A stretch of DNA of 64,000 nucleotides, taken from positions 4,241-68,240 of the forward strand of contig JAWODJ010000114.1 of assembly GCA_046483315.1 (NCBI GenBank), given 5' to 3'. A program made the translations under genes and the position numbers. Below the pieces are notes generated by a model. The model was not told the DNA's origin and searched no databases. It worked only from the letters and a program-made list of their open reading frames with translations. Shown piece by piece: positions 51,564 through 59,907 of the stretch. This DNA comes from Bacteroidales bacterium (GTDB taxonomy: Bacteria > Bacteroidota > Bacteroidia > Bacteroidales > PUMT01). How positions within the stretch are numbered: the stretch's first letter is position 1; every line of letters starts with the position of its first letter.

Positions 51564-52064
51564 ATGGAACAAAGAGGTGACAAAAAGGTGTATCAGATAT
51601 TAAGTGAGCTTGAAATTGAATATGATTACCATGAGCATCCTGCAGTACCCACTGTTGACGAGGCATCTAAATACTGGCAAAATATTGAGTCGACACACTG
51701 TAAAAACCTCTTTTTTCGCAATCACAAAGGGAACAGACATTACCTGGTTATTTTAGAGTATTCCAATTCATTGAATATAAAAGATCTGGAGCACAGACTG
51801 AAACAGGGAAAACTTTCATTAGGCTCACCCCGCAGGTTGATGAGGTATCTGAAACTGCAGCCGGGGTCTGTTTCTCCTTTCGGACTGATACATGATACGG
51901 AAAATCATGTGCATGTTTTTCTCGATGAGAACCTGAGGAGATCCGAAAGGATAAGTTTTCATCCGAACCTTAACACTGCATCGCTGATAATTTCATATGC
52001 TGACTTTGAGAAGTTTATGCTATGGACAGGGAATACTATTGAATACGTCAGGTTGTATGACTGA
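51564..52064 (+). CDS. YbaK/ProX-type aminoacyl-tRNA editing domain protein
   Basis: 166 aa from the ATG at 51564. HCKNLFFRN ... YLVIL ... GSVSPFGL. The track start at 51486 overlaps the SDR gene. Confidence 0.7.
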   Translation: MEQRGDKKVYQILSELEIEYDYHEHPAVPTVDEASKYWQNIESTHCKNLFFRNHKGNRHYLVILEYSNSLNIKDLEHRLKQGKLSLGSPRRLMRYLKLQPGSVSPFGLIHDTENHVHVFLDENLRRSERISFHPNLNTASLIISYADFEKFMLWTGNTIEYVRLYD

Positions 52065-52191
52065 TCATATCCCGTTTGAAAAGCCTGTTAAACCGTTCTT
52101 TTCCCCGAAAGTGATATGAACGGACTATTGATCGTTTTTTGGGAGACGCAGTAACATAAGGGATTTATTTGTTTGAGTGGTTTCTGGGCAG

Positions 52192-53376
52192 CTATATGTA
52201 TTCAATGATGACCTCTTTCAGGAATTTCTCTTCCAGCTTGCGTGCGATCCGTTTCAGTACCGTTCGTCTTATCTCAAGCTCTACCGGAAGGTTAGGGTCC
52301 TGGTGTGCAATATTTATCTTTGTTCCGATAATTATTTTTATCTCATCACTCTCCAGCAGCAGTCTTACTATCTGATCAGCCGGCCCCTTACCGGGCACGT
52401 AATTCTGGTTGTACTCATTAAGTATTTTTGAGACTTTACTGAGCGTCAGTATACCTTCGGTTACAAGATCAATGCCTTCCATATATGAAACGGGCGGCAG
52501 TTCGGGGTCATGGAACTCAAAGGTGTCTTTTATGCTGATGTTGAATTCCCGGGCAACAATATCGCCGGTGGTGCCGCCCGACAGGATCTTCTTTCCCTGA
52601 AATTCCTTTACTATTGCAGCCAGTTTACTGTCATTATCCTCATCAAAGGGCGGACCGCTGCAGAGAAGAAGTTTCCTGGGCTGGCGGAAATACAGGACGG
52701 CACATGATGTATCATCCTGGGCATTGTAATTGTCGTTTTTGAATGCAGCATTGAGTATTCTTGCGGCAAGTTTCTGTGCCGAAATATCGGACTGTTGTTC
52801 AATTATATCTGCTATAAACTTGTGTACATTTTCCCATCCCCACCCGAAAGGGTATTTTCGGGATCCCATGCCCGACTGGGTGATCCCATCAGAGCAGATA
52901 ATGATCCTGTCTTCCTTGCGGGGATGAAAATGGCAGCTTTTTATCTCTTTCCCTTTGTTTTTTTCTGAGCTGAGTATAAGGCAGTTCCATTCGGCATCAA
53001 GAGGCTTGCTTCCTCTCATAAGAAAAGAGCCCGGGTTGTCATATTCCAGTATGCTGGTTCTTGCACTCATCTCTATATCTACAGCGGTAAAGGTGGAATA
53101 ACTTATTTTTCTTACACTGCAGACCGGGAGAGTGTTCATTATGATCTCAGATATACGGGTTACATCTTTGTGTTCCCTGGTGAAATTCATTGCCATTGAT
53201 GCGGTAAGGGTCGCCAGGATATTAGCTTTCACCCCGTGTCCCATGCCATCTGAAAGAACGGCGACAATCCTGTTCTCCTCCTTTATTCTCTGTGACAGGA
53301 AAACATCACCGCAGATCCTCTCTTTACCGTGATTTTTTTGCTGGTACCCCACTTCCACATAGAAGTTATTATCCAT
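52192..53376 (-). CDS. PP2C/SpoIIE-type serine phosphatase with an unassigned ~160-aa C-terminal domain
   Basis: 394 aa. Metal-binding motifs CGDVF, LSDGMGHG, CSDGI, DDTSCAVL in residues 1-230. C-terminal part (ILSGGTTGDIVAREF...) unassigned. The start overlaps the upstream sensor gene's stop by 8 nt. Confidence 0.75.
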   Translation of the reverse strand: MDNNFYVEVGYQQKNHGKERICGDVFLSQRIKEENRIVAVLSDGMGHGVKANILATLTASMAMNFTREHKDVTRISEIIMNTLPVCSVRKISYSTFTAVDIEMSARTSILEYDNPGSFLMRGSKPLDAEWNCLILSSEKNKGKEIKSCHFHPRKEDRIIICSDGITQSGMGSRKYPFGWGWENVHKFIADIIEQQSDISAQKLAARILNAAFKNDNYNAQDDTSCAVLYFRQPRKLLLCSGPPFDEDNDSKLAAIVKEFQGKKILSGGTTGDIVAREFNISIKDTFEFHDPELPPVSYMEGIDLVTEGILTLSKVSKILNEYNQNYVPGKGPADQIVRLLLESDEIKIIIGTKINIAHQDPNLPVELEIRRTVLKRIARKLEEKFLKEVIIEYI

Positions 53377-55237
53377 TCTTTTCCGGTTTTTGAGGCATTT
53401 GATAAGATTCTATAATGCTGTTAAGCATAGCTTCGGTCTCTGAGGCACCTTCGCCCAGAAGGAATCCTATCTTCTGGACCAGTTCAAGGTTTTTGTCAAT
53501 TACATCGGTAACCCTTTTTATTACCTCTTCCTTTCTTACTTCCGGTACATAGAGATCTCTTATAACGGCACCGACAATCTTGTTTTTCCTTATGGTGAAT
53601 ATTGAAACATTATAGAGAATATCATTGAAATGGACATCACGGTTAACAATATTGTCATCATTTGTCAGGACATATGAGAAAAGGTTGTGGAAGTTGTACG
53701 GCAGAAGGGTTTTTAGGTCAGCGCCCTCGAGTCCGGGAATTACATCCTCAATCATTTTCACCTCTTCGTCCAGGATATTTATAAAGCTTTTGTTGGCCTG
53801 GATCACCTTCAGTTCATTATCAACCAATACTATGCTTGACGGGAGTTTCTCAAGCATTGTACGGGTGGTTTCAAAAGATTCTCTTGCAAGCTGCTGGTCA
53901 CGCCTTGCATTTTTTTCCGATTTTTTAAGTGCTGCCTGGGTTTCAGCCAGTTTCTGGTTGGTATCCCTGAGAGTCTTTATGTAGTCATGACGGTTTTTAA
54001 GGGTGAAGGTGAGGCACATTTCCGTTTTTGCAAGTCCCTGTGCCACTGCTACCGCGAAATCCCTGCAGGAAGTGTAACCACAGGATGCGCAGCCTATCTC
54101 ATCAACGTTGTGTTCTTTGCCAATAATCTGCAGTATCTCCTGAATCTTGTCTTCATCCGGGTATGGCAGTCTCTGATCATCCTTCTTAAATTTTCTTGAC
54201 AGGTCAAGATTGCTGAATTCATCCATCGCTGCTTCCCATTCCTTCATATCAAAGTCCGAAAGCCTTTTTTTAGCATAATCCACAACAAGGGCGTGACGCA
54301 GGTATTTATCACCTCCTCCTGAGGTGCCGGGTCCCATAATGCATCCTTCATTGTAAAACAGGTTGAAATGCTTTTTGATTGAATCGATATGTTTTTCAAA
54401 TTGTCTGACCGCTTCAAGCATGTTGTTTCTTCCCTCTGCAGTGATTACATTACCGGAGAGCAGATTCTGATCTATGCCGGAAGCTTCCAGTATGCCCGTA
54501 CTTATGGGGTAAATGGAACCCTTATAGCCTATCGGAGGATCAAAATCCGATAACTCCACTTTCTTTTCAGTGATCTTGAATTCGGCGAAAAGTTCCCGTA
54601 ATTCGGAAAAGGTGAGAACTGAATCAATTCTGCCGTCATCACGGTATTTTTTTCCCTCTTTTTTGGTTTCAATACAGGGTCCTATATACACAACCTTTAG
54701 GTCCTTTCCGTATTTTTTTCTTGCCACTTTTGCTGTGGCTCCCATGGGAGACACTATGGGAGCAAGATTTTCGGTCAGCTCAGGATGGAATTTTTCTATG
54801 TAGGAAACCACCGACGGACAGTTGGCACTAATGTAATATTTACCTTTGAATCCTGTGAACAGCTCATGATATTTTCTGGCCACCAGATCTACTCCGAAAG
54901 AGGCTTCAAGCACGTAATCAAAGCCAAGTGCCCTTATCATTTCCACAAATTTCCTGTAATCGGTTATGTCATGGAACTCTCCTGATATACTGGGTCCGCA
55001 GATTGCAGCAACCTTGTTTTTTGAATTTAGCAGGGTTTTTGTTTCCTCTCTGGAATCGCTGTAGCTTATTGCCCCGGGAGAGCAAACTTTCAGGCAGTGA
55101 CCGCAACCAATGCATGTATTGGATATTACCTCCGGATAATCCTGGTGAGCCTCAACTTTTATAGCATTTACCGGACATATTCTGACGCAGGCATATGAAA
55201 GGTTACATTTTTCTTTGTCAATATTTATAAGGGCCAT
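53369..55237 (-). CDS. Sensory-type [FeFe]-hydrogenase-like protein with C-terminal PAS domain (HydS-like, phosphatase-linked class)
   Basis: 622 aa. N-terminal 2x ferredoxin motifs, then a Fe-hydrogenase large-subunit-like domain (ISANCPSVV, YIGPCIETKKE, NEGCIMGPG). Extra Cys motif CASCGYTSCx16C, a coiled region, and a PAS-like block (LPSSIVLVDNELKVIQANKSF...). Confidence 0.8.
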   Translation of the reverse strand: MALINIDKEKCNLSYACVRICPVNAIKVEAHQDYPEVISNTCIGCGHCLKVCSPGAISYSDSREETKTLLNSKNKVAAICGPSISGEFHDITDYRKFVEMIRALGFDYVLEASFGVDLVARKYHELFTGFKGKYYISANCPSVVSYIEKFHPELTENLAPIVSPMGATAKVARKKYGKDLKVVYIGPCIETKKEGKKYRDDGRIDSVLTFSELRELFAEFKITEKKVELSDFDPPIGYKGSIYPISTGILEASGIDQNLLSGNVITAEGRNNMLEAVRQFEKHIDSIKKHFNLFYNEGCIMGPGTSGGGDKYLRHALVVDYAKKRLSDFDMKEWEAAMDEFSNLDLSRKFKKDDQRLPYPDEDKIQEILQIIGKEHNVDEIGCASCGYTSCRDFAVAVAQGLAKTEMCLTFTLKNRHDYIKTLRDTNQKLAETQAALKKSEKNARRDQQLARESFETTRTMLEKLPSSIVLVDNELKVIQANKSFINILDEEVKMIEDVIPGLEGADLKTLLPYNFHNLFSYVLTNDDNIVNRDVHFNDILYNVSIFTIRKNKIVGAVIRDLYVPEVRKEEVIKRVTDVIDKNLELVQKIGFLLGEGASETEAMLNSIIESYQMPQKPEKNG

Positions 55238-55242
55238 ATTAT

Positions 55243-55494
55243 TTATCTTATACTTAACGATTGTGTAAGTATTTTAACTACCTCTTCCGGTTTGACTCCT
55301 TCAAAAATTTTATCTCCTATTTTCAGAACAGGGCCTTTCTCACATCTGTCAAAGCAACGGCTTCCGTGAAAGAAAAATTTATCTTCCAGGTTGTGATCTT
55401 TAAGAAATTTTTCAATAATGCCCATACAAATCCTGTTTCCTCTTGAGAAGCATGAACTGCCAAGGCAGATAACTATTTCCTGTTTGTCCTGCAT
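55243..55494 (-). CDS. Thioredoxin-like [2Fe-2S] ferredoxin
   Basis: 83 aa from the internal ATG (MQDKQEIVICLGSSCFSRGN...GSRCFDRCEKGPV), with four Cys in the NuoE/Trx-like ferredoxin pattern. The track start at 55584 adds 30 hydrophobic residues, abuts the operator palindrome and contains a -7 box, so the shorter form is preferred. Confidence 0.6.
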   Translation of the reverse strand: MQDKQEIVICLGSSCFSRGNRICMGIIEKFLKDHNLEDKFFFHGSRCFDRCEKGPVLKIGDKIFEGVKPEEVVKILTQSLSIR

Positions 55495-55548
55495 TAATCG
55501 CGGGTTGATTTTTTTAGTAAGTAAGACAACAAATACCTGACATGTAAG

Positions 55549-55556
55549 CAAAAGTA
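55549..55556 (-). promoter_or_regulatory. -7 box TACTTTTG (minus strand) for the sensor/phosphatase operon
   Basis: Plus-strand CAAAAGTA. About 55 nt upstream of the ATG at 55494. Confidence 0.3.
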
Positions 55557-55585
55557 ATAAATATTTTAAAGAAATACATGTCATT

Positions 55586-55613
55586 AAACATTGTTAAATT
55601 TGTAACAATGTTT
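55586..55613. promoter_or_regulatory. Candidate Rex operator: AAACATTGTTA-AATTTG-TAACAATGTTT
   Basis: Perfect 11-bp inverted arms. The core TTGTTA-N6-TAACAA has the same half-sites and spacing as the TTGTTAAnnnnTTAACAA variant of the Rex box. The spacer carries TAAATTTG, a plus-strand -7 box (55595-55602). rex lies at the end of the same cluster. Confidence 0.55.
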
Positions 55614-55632
55614 GCATAATAACAATAAATTT

Positions 55633-55653
55633 TTGTAAAATTGTGTTTTACAA
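55633..55653. promoter_or_regulatory. Second palindrome TTGTAAAA-TTGTG-TTTTACAA
   Basis: 8-bp perfect arms, 39 nt upstream of the hydC ATG. Half-sites are Rex-like (TTGTnAA) but the spacing is 3 nt longer than the consensus. Confidence 0.3.
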
Positions 55654-55691
55654 GTAATATTTTCAATTATTCCGGTTAATAATAATTCATT

Positions 55692-56156
55692 ATGGATGAA
55701 AGGACATCCCTTATTCTTTCGCATTATCCGAAGGGACACCGTGATTTTTTAATACCAATATTGCAGGATATTCAGGAGCAATATGGTTATTTATCAGAAT
55801 CCTCCGTCATTGAAGTAGGTAATTACCTCGATCTTCCTTCAAGTAAGATATTTGGTCTGGCTACCTTTTATAACCAGTTCCGTTTTGAACCCAGGGGACG
55901 TTTTCACATACGTCTCTGTCACGGGACCACCTGTCATGTAAATAATTCCGGTAACATTCTGAAGGAGCTGAAAAAGATATTAGGGATCAATCCGGGCGAG
56001 ACCACAAGGGACGGAATGTACAGCCTGGAAATTGCAGCTTGTATGGGAGCATGTCATTTGTCTCCGCTAATTCAGGTAAACGATCAGTATCATACAAAAA
56101 TTGAACCTGAAAGTATCAGGGATATATTGGATTCTTATACAGAAGGGGAAGAATAG
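55692..56156 (+). CDS. hydC: [FeFe]-hydrogenase NuoE-like [2Fe-2S] subunit (HydC)
   Basis: 154 aa. LCHGTTCH ... CMGACHLSP cysteine pattern of the NuoE/HydC family. Confidence 0.85.
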   Translation: MDERTSLILSHYPKGHRDFLIPILQDIQEQYGYLSESSVIEVGNYLDLPSSKIFGLATFYNQFRFEPRGRFHIRLCHGTTCHVNNSGNILKELKKILGINPGETTRDGMYSLEIAACMGACHLSPLIQVNDQYHTKIEPESIRDILDSYTEGEE

Positions 56157-56158
56157 CT

Positions 56159-58111
56159 ATGTCTGCAAAAATCCATATACCGGTAGATAAGGATTATTTT
56201 GTTACAAATGTCCTTATGAACGAGTCGGTTGAGCTTCCTGCTGATGTGGAAAAGACCCTTGAATATGTGCGAAGGGATAGAGTTAAATATCCCGTGATCT
56301 TTGTTGGTACAGGAAGTTGCGGAATAATATCGGGTGCAGGGGAAACTCTTGATGAAACAAACAGATATTTGACTGAAAGAAACATAAAAGCTGATGTTGT
56401 TGAGACAGGCTGTACAGGTTTTTGTTCCATGGAACCGTTGGTGGAAGTTCAGTTACCCGGAAAAACAAGAGTGGCGTTCAGCCATGTTACCGCCGATAAA
56501 CTTCCCTATATACTTGACGGTATGTTCAACAGTATTGTACCCGGGGAATTTGTTTTAGGGCAGCATAAAAGTTCATCGGTGGAATTATGGAAAGATGTGC
56601 CTTTTATCGATGAGTTGCCTTTTTATTCCTTGCAATACAGGAACCTTATGAAAAACTGGGGCCGCATAAGTCCTTTCTCAATAGAAGAATACATTGCAAC
56701 AGGAGGTTACAGGTCATATATAAAAACAATAAGGAACTATACACACGAGGAGGCCTGCGATATTGTTGAAAAAAGCGGTCTTCTGGGCAGAGGCGGTGGC
56801 GGGTTTCTTACGGGAAAAAAGTGGAAGGTGGCACATTCTGTAATGACAGATCAGCGCTACCTGTTGTGCAATGCAAATGAAAGCGACCCCGGGGGATTTG
56901 CCAACAGGGCACTTATTGAAAGTGATCCACACAGACTTATTGAAGGGGTTATTATAGCTGCATATGCAATAGGCACATCCAAAGCCTATATTTATATCCG
57001 CAATGATTACATAACAGCAATTGCCAGGCTGGAGGAAGCCATAGAACAGGCAAAGGATTACGGGTTGCTCGGACATAATGTATACGGCAGCGGTGTTAAT
57101 ATTGATATTATTGTAAGAAAAGGTCCGGGTGCATTTGTTTGCGGTGAAGAAACTGCCATGATCAGCAGTATAGAAGGCAAACGTGGCATGCCCGGTCCAA
57201 AACCCCCTTATCCTGCTGTTTCTGGGTTGTTTGGCAAACCCACCGTGGTGAATAATGTAGAAACGCTGTCAAATGTTCCTTCGATCTTTGAAAACGGCCC
57301 GGACTGGTTTATGTCTGTTGGCAGTGAGTCATCAAAGGGGACCAAGATACTGGTGCTATCCGGAAGAGTTCATAATCAGGGTATAATAGAGGTGCCTCTC
57401 GGAACAAAAGTGAAGGATCTTATATTTTATGCAGGAGGGGGGGTGCCCGGCAGGAAAAGTTTCAAAGCCGTGCAGATTGGCGGGCCTTCAGGTGGATTTC
57501 TGACAGGAGAAAACATTGATATACCCTATGACTTTGAATCACTTGCGGGAGAGGACGTCTATATGGGATCGGGTGGGATGATTGTGCTTGATGAAGATTG
57601 CTGTATAATTGATACGGTAAAATACTTTATGGATTTCATCCAGAATGAAAGCTGTGGTAAATGCATTCCCTGCCGGGAAGGGACTCGCCGGATGCTGGAG
57701 GTCTATGAAAATATTACAAAACGGCCGGTAGACGAAAACGGACATTCCACACTTGAGCGGTTTAAGGGTGTAATGCAACTTGAAAGCCTGGCCGGTGTTA
57801 TTAAAGATACTTCTTTGTGCGGACTCGGACAGAAGGCACCGAACCCGGTTATCAGTTCACTTAAGTATTTCCGGAGTGAATATGAAGAGCATATTTTTGA
57901 CCGCAAATGCAGTGCAGGCGTATGCACTGAACTCAGATTGTTTTATATTGATGTGGATAAATGTACCGGTTGTACAGCTTGTGCAACAAAATGCCCTGTT
58001 TCTGCAATAATTGGTACAAAGCATCACCCTTTCTTCATTGTAGAGGAAAAGTGCATTGGCTGTGGCATATGTTATGATGTTTGCAAGTTCAGCGCCATTG
58101 GATTTAAATAA
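56159..58111 (+). CDS. hydB: [FeFe]-hydrogenase NuoF-like flavoprotein subunit (HydB)
   Basis: 650 aa. N-terminal Trx-like 2Fe-2S domain, FMN/NADH site GRGGGGFLTGKKW, 4Fe-4S ESCGKCIPCREG, and C-terminal 2x ferredoxin motifs (CTGCTACATKCP, CIGCGICYDVC). Confidence 0.9.
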   Translation: MSAKIHIPVDKDYFVTNVLMNESVELPADVEKTLEYVRRDRVKYPVIFVGTGSCGIISGAGETLDETNRYLTERNIKADVVETGCTGFCSMEPLVEVQLPGKTRVAFSHVTADKLPYILDGMFNSIVPGEFVLGQHKSSSVELWKDVPFIDELPFYSLQYRNLMKNWGRISPFSIEEYIATGGYRSYIKTIRNYTHEEACDIVEKSGLLGRGGGGFLTGKKWKVAHSVMTDQRYLLCNANESDPGGFANRALIESDPHRLIEGVIIAAYAIGTSKAYIYIRNDYITAIARLEEAIEQAKDYGLLGHNVYGSGVNIDIIVRKGPGAFVCGEETAMISSIEGKRGMPGPKPPYPAVSGLFGKPTVVNNVETLSNVPSIFENGPDWFMSVGSESSKGTKILVLSGRVHNQGIIEVPLGTKVKDLIFYAGGGVPGRKSFKAVQIGGPSGGFLTGENIDIPYDFESLAGEDVYMGSGGMIVLDEDCCIIDTVKYFMDFIQNESCGKCIPCREGTRRMLEVYENITKRPVDENGHSTLERFKGVMQLESLAGVIKDTSLCGLGQKAPNPVISSLKYFRSEYEEHIFDRKCSAGVCTELRLFYIDVDKCTGCTACATKCPVSAIIGTKHHPFFIVEEKCIGCGICYDVCKFSAIGFK

Positions 58112-58138
58112 TTTCGGGGAACTGCTAATAATTGAGTA

Positions 58139-59863
58139 ATGATTGTTAAGATTGAAGTCAATAACAGAGTAATAAAGGCTAAAAAGGGAGAAACCATTAT
58201 GTCTGCCCTCAGTGCAAACGGAATAAAGATACCTTCAATCTGCGCCATGAAGGATTTCTCCCCAACCGGTGCATGCAGAATGTGTGTTGTGGAGATTGAA
58301 GGCAGGCAGGGCCTTGTACCTTCCTGTTCCCAGCCGGTTAATGAGTGGATGAAGATCCGGACACATTCTCCCCGTGTTATTAAATCCAGAAAGACCATTG
58401 TGGAGCTGCTTCTTTCCAATCATCCTGATGATTGTCTCTATTGTGTCAGGAATGGCAAATGTGAGCTTCAGGATCTGGCAGAGGAACTTGGTGTAAGAGA
58501 GCGCCGCATAACGGGAAAAAAGAATAAATACAAACTTGACCATTCCAGTCCCTCAATTGTGCGTGATCCCGCCAAATGTATACTTTGCGGACGATGTGTA
58601 CGTGTTTGTGAGGATAAGTTATCAGTATCCGCAATTGATTTTGTTAATCGCGGAAACAATGCAATCATAGGTACGGCATATAATAAAGACCTTAATTTTT
58701 CCAGTTGTATAAACTGCGGGCAGTGCATTATGGTTTGCCCTACGGGGGCCCTTTATGAAAAAGACAGTCTTCCGGAACTTGAAGATGCCCTCAATAACCC
58801 GGATAAGTATGTGATAGCGCAATATGCCCCTTCGGTTACCGTCACACTGGCCGAGGAATTCGGGATCAAACCCGGAAAGGATGTCGGTGGATTGATAAAC
58901 GCTGCGCTGAGGAAGATCGGGTTTAACCGGATTTTTGATACCTCTTTTGCAGCTGACCTGACTGTAATGGAGATGTCGCATGAACTTCTTAAAAGAAACG
59001 ACCAGAAAGAAAAATATCCTCTGATTTCCGGATGCTGTCCCGCATGGGTAAAATTTGCCGAGCAATGGTACCCTGATCTTTTGCCGGCCGTTTCCTCCTG
59101 TAAATCACCGCAACAAATGCTGGGTGCGGTTTTAAAGGCCTATTATCCTGAAATGTCTGATATTGATTCAGACAATATCTTTTCAGTTGCAGTGGCTCCG
59201 TGTACGGCCAAAAAGTTTGAAGCCCAGAGAGAAGAGATGACCAAAAAGGGGTTGTCAGATATTGATGCCGTGCTTACAACCAGGGAACTTGCCAGACTGA
59301 TAAGGCTTTATGGTATCGATATGAATCAGATTGAACCGGAAGCAACCGATGAACCCTTCGGAATGAGAAGTTCGGCCGGAAAATTGTTCGGTGCAGCCGG
59401 GGGCATGACCGAGGCCCTTATGCGGACTCTGCCTTATGTTGCAGGATCAAAAGATCTTTCCCGGGTTAAGTTTCAGGAATTGCGCGGTGCAAAGGCGCTG
59501 AAGAAGGCAGATATTAAGATTGGCAGGAACTGTTTCAGTTTTGCTGTTGTAAGTGGAATGTCAAATGCCATAGCACTGCTTGAAGAGATAAGGGAAGGTA
59601 AAAGTGAGTACGATTTTATTGAAATTATGGCTTGTGCAGGAGGTTGCATTAATGGCGGAGGACAGCCCATAGGAGCGGATGAACATGCCGTACGGGCAAG
59701 GATGAAGGCTTTGTACGGCATTGATGACCAGGAGGCCATAAGGTATTCCCATAAGAATCAGGGAGTTGCTGAATTATATAAAAATTATCTTGGCCGGCCC
59801 ATGGGGGATGATTGTAAACAATTACTGCATACCAGTTATTCAGAAAGAAAAGTTCTGTTATAG
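58139..59863 (+). CDS. hydA: [FeFe]-hydrogenase catalytic subunit (HydA, multimeric NuoG-like N-terminus type)
   Basis: 574 aa. N-terminal 2Fe-2S, a His-ligated cluster motif (HPDDCLYCVRNGKCELQ), and two ferredoxin clusters. H-cluster motifs SGCCPAW, APCTAKKFEA, EIMACAGGCINGGGQP. Confidence 0.9.
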   Translation: MIVKIEVNNRVIKAKKGETIMSALSANGIKIPSICAMKDFSPTGACRMCVVEIEGRQGLVPSCSQPVNEWMKIRTHSPRVIKSRKTIVELLLSNHPDDCLYCVRNGKCELQDLAEELGVRERRITGKKNKYKLDHSSPSIVRDPAKCILCGRCVRVCEDKLSVSAIDFVNRGNNAIIGTAYNKDLNFSSCINCGQCIMVCPTGALYEKDSLPELEDALNNPDKYVIAQYAPSVTVTLAEEFGIKPGKDVGGLINAALRKIGFNRIFDTSFAADLTVMEMSHELLKRNDQKEKYPLISGCCPAWVKFAEQWYPDLLPAVSSCKSPQQMLGAVLKAYYPEMSDIDSDNIFSVAVAPCTAKKFEAQREEMTKKGLSDIDAVLTTRELARLIRLYGIDMNQIEPEATDEPFGMRSSAGKLFGAAGGMTEALMRTLPYVAGSKDLSRVKFQELRGAKALKKADIKIGRNCFSFAVVSGMSNAIALLEEIREGKSEYDFIEIMACAGGCINGGGQPIGADEHAVRARMKALYGIDDQEAIRYSHKNQGVAELYKNYLGRPMGDDCKQLLHTSYSERKVLL

Positions 59864-59907
59864 CCGGAAACCTGAAAAAAGAATCCCGTCTGTCTTAATT
59901 ATAATTT

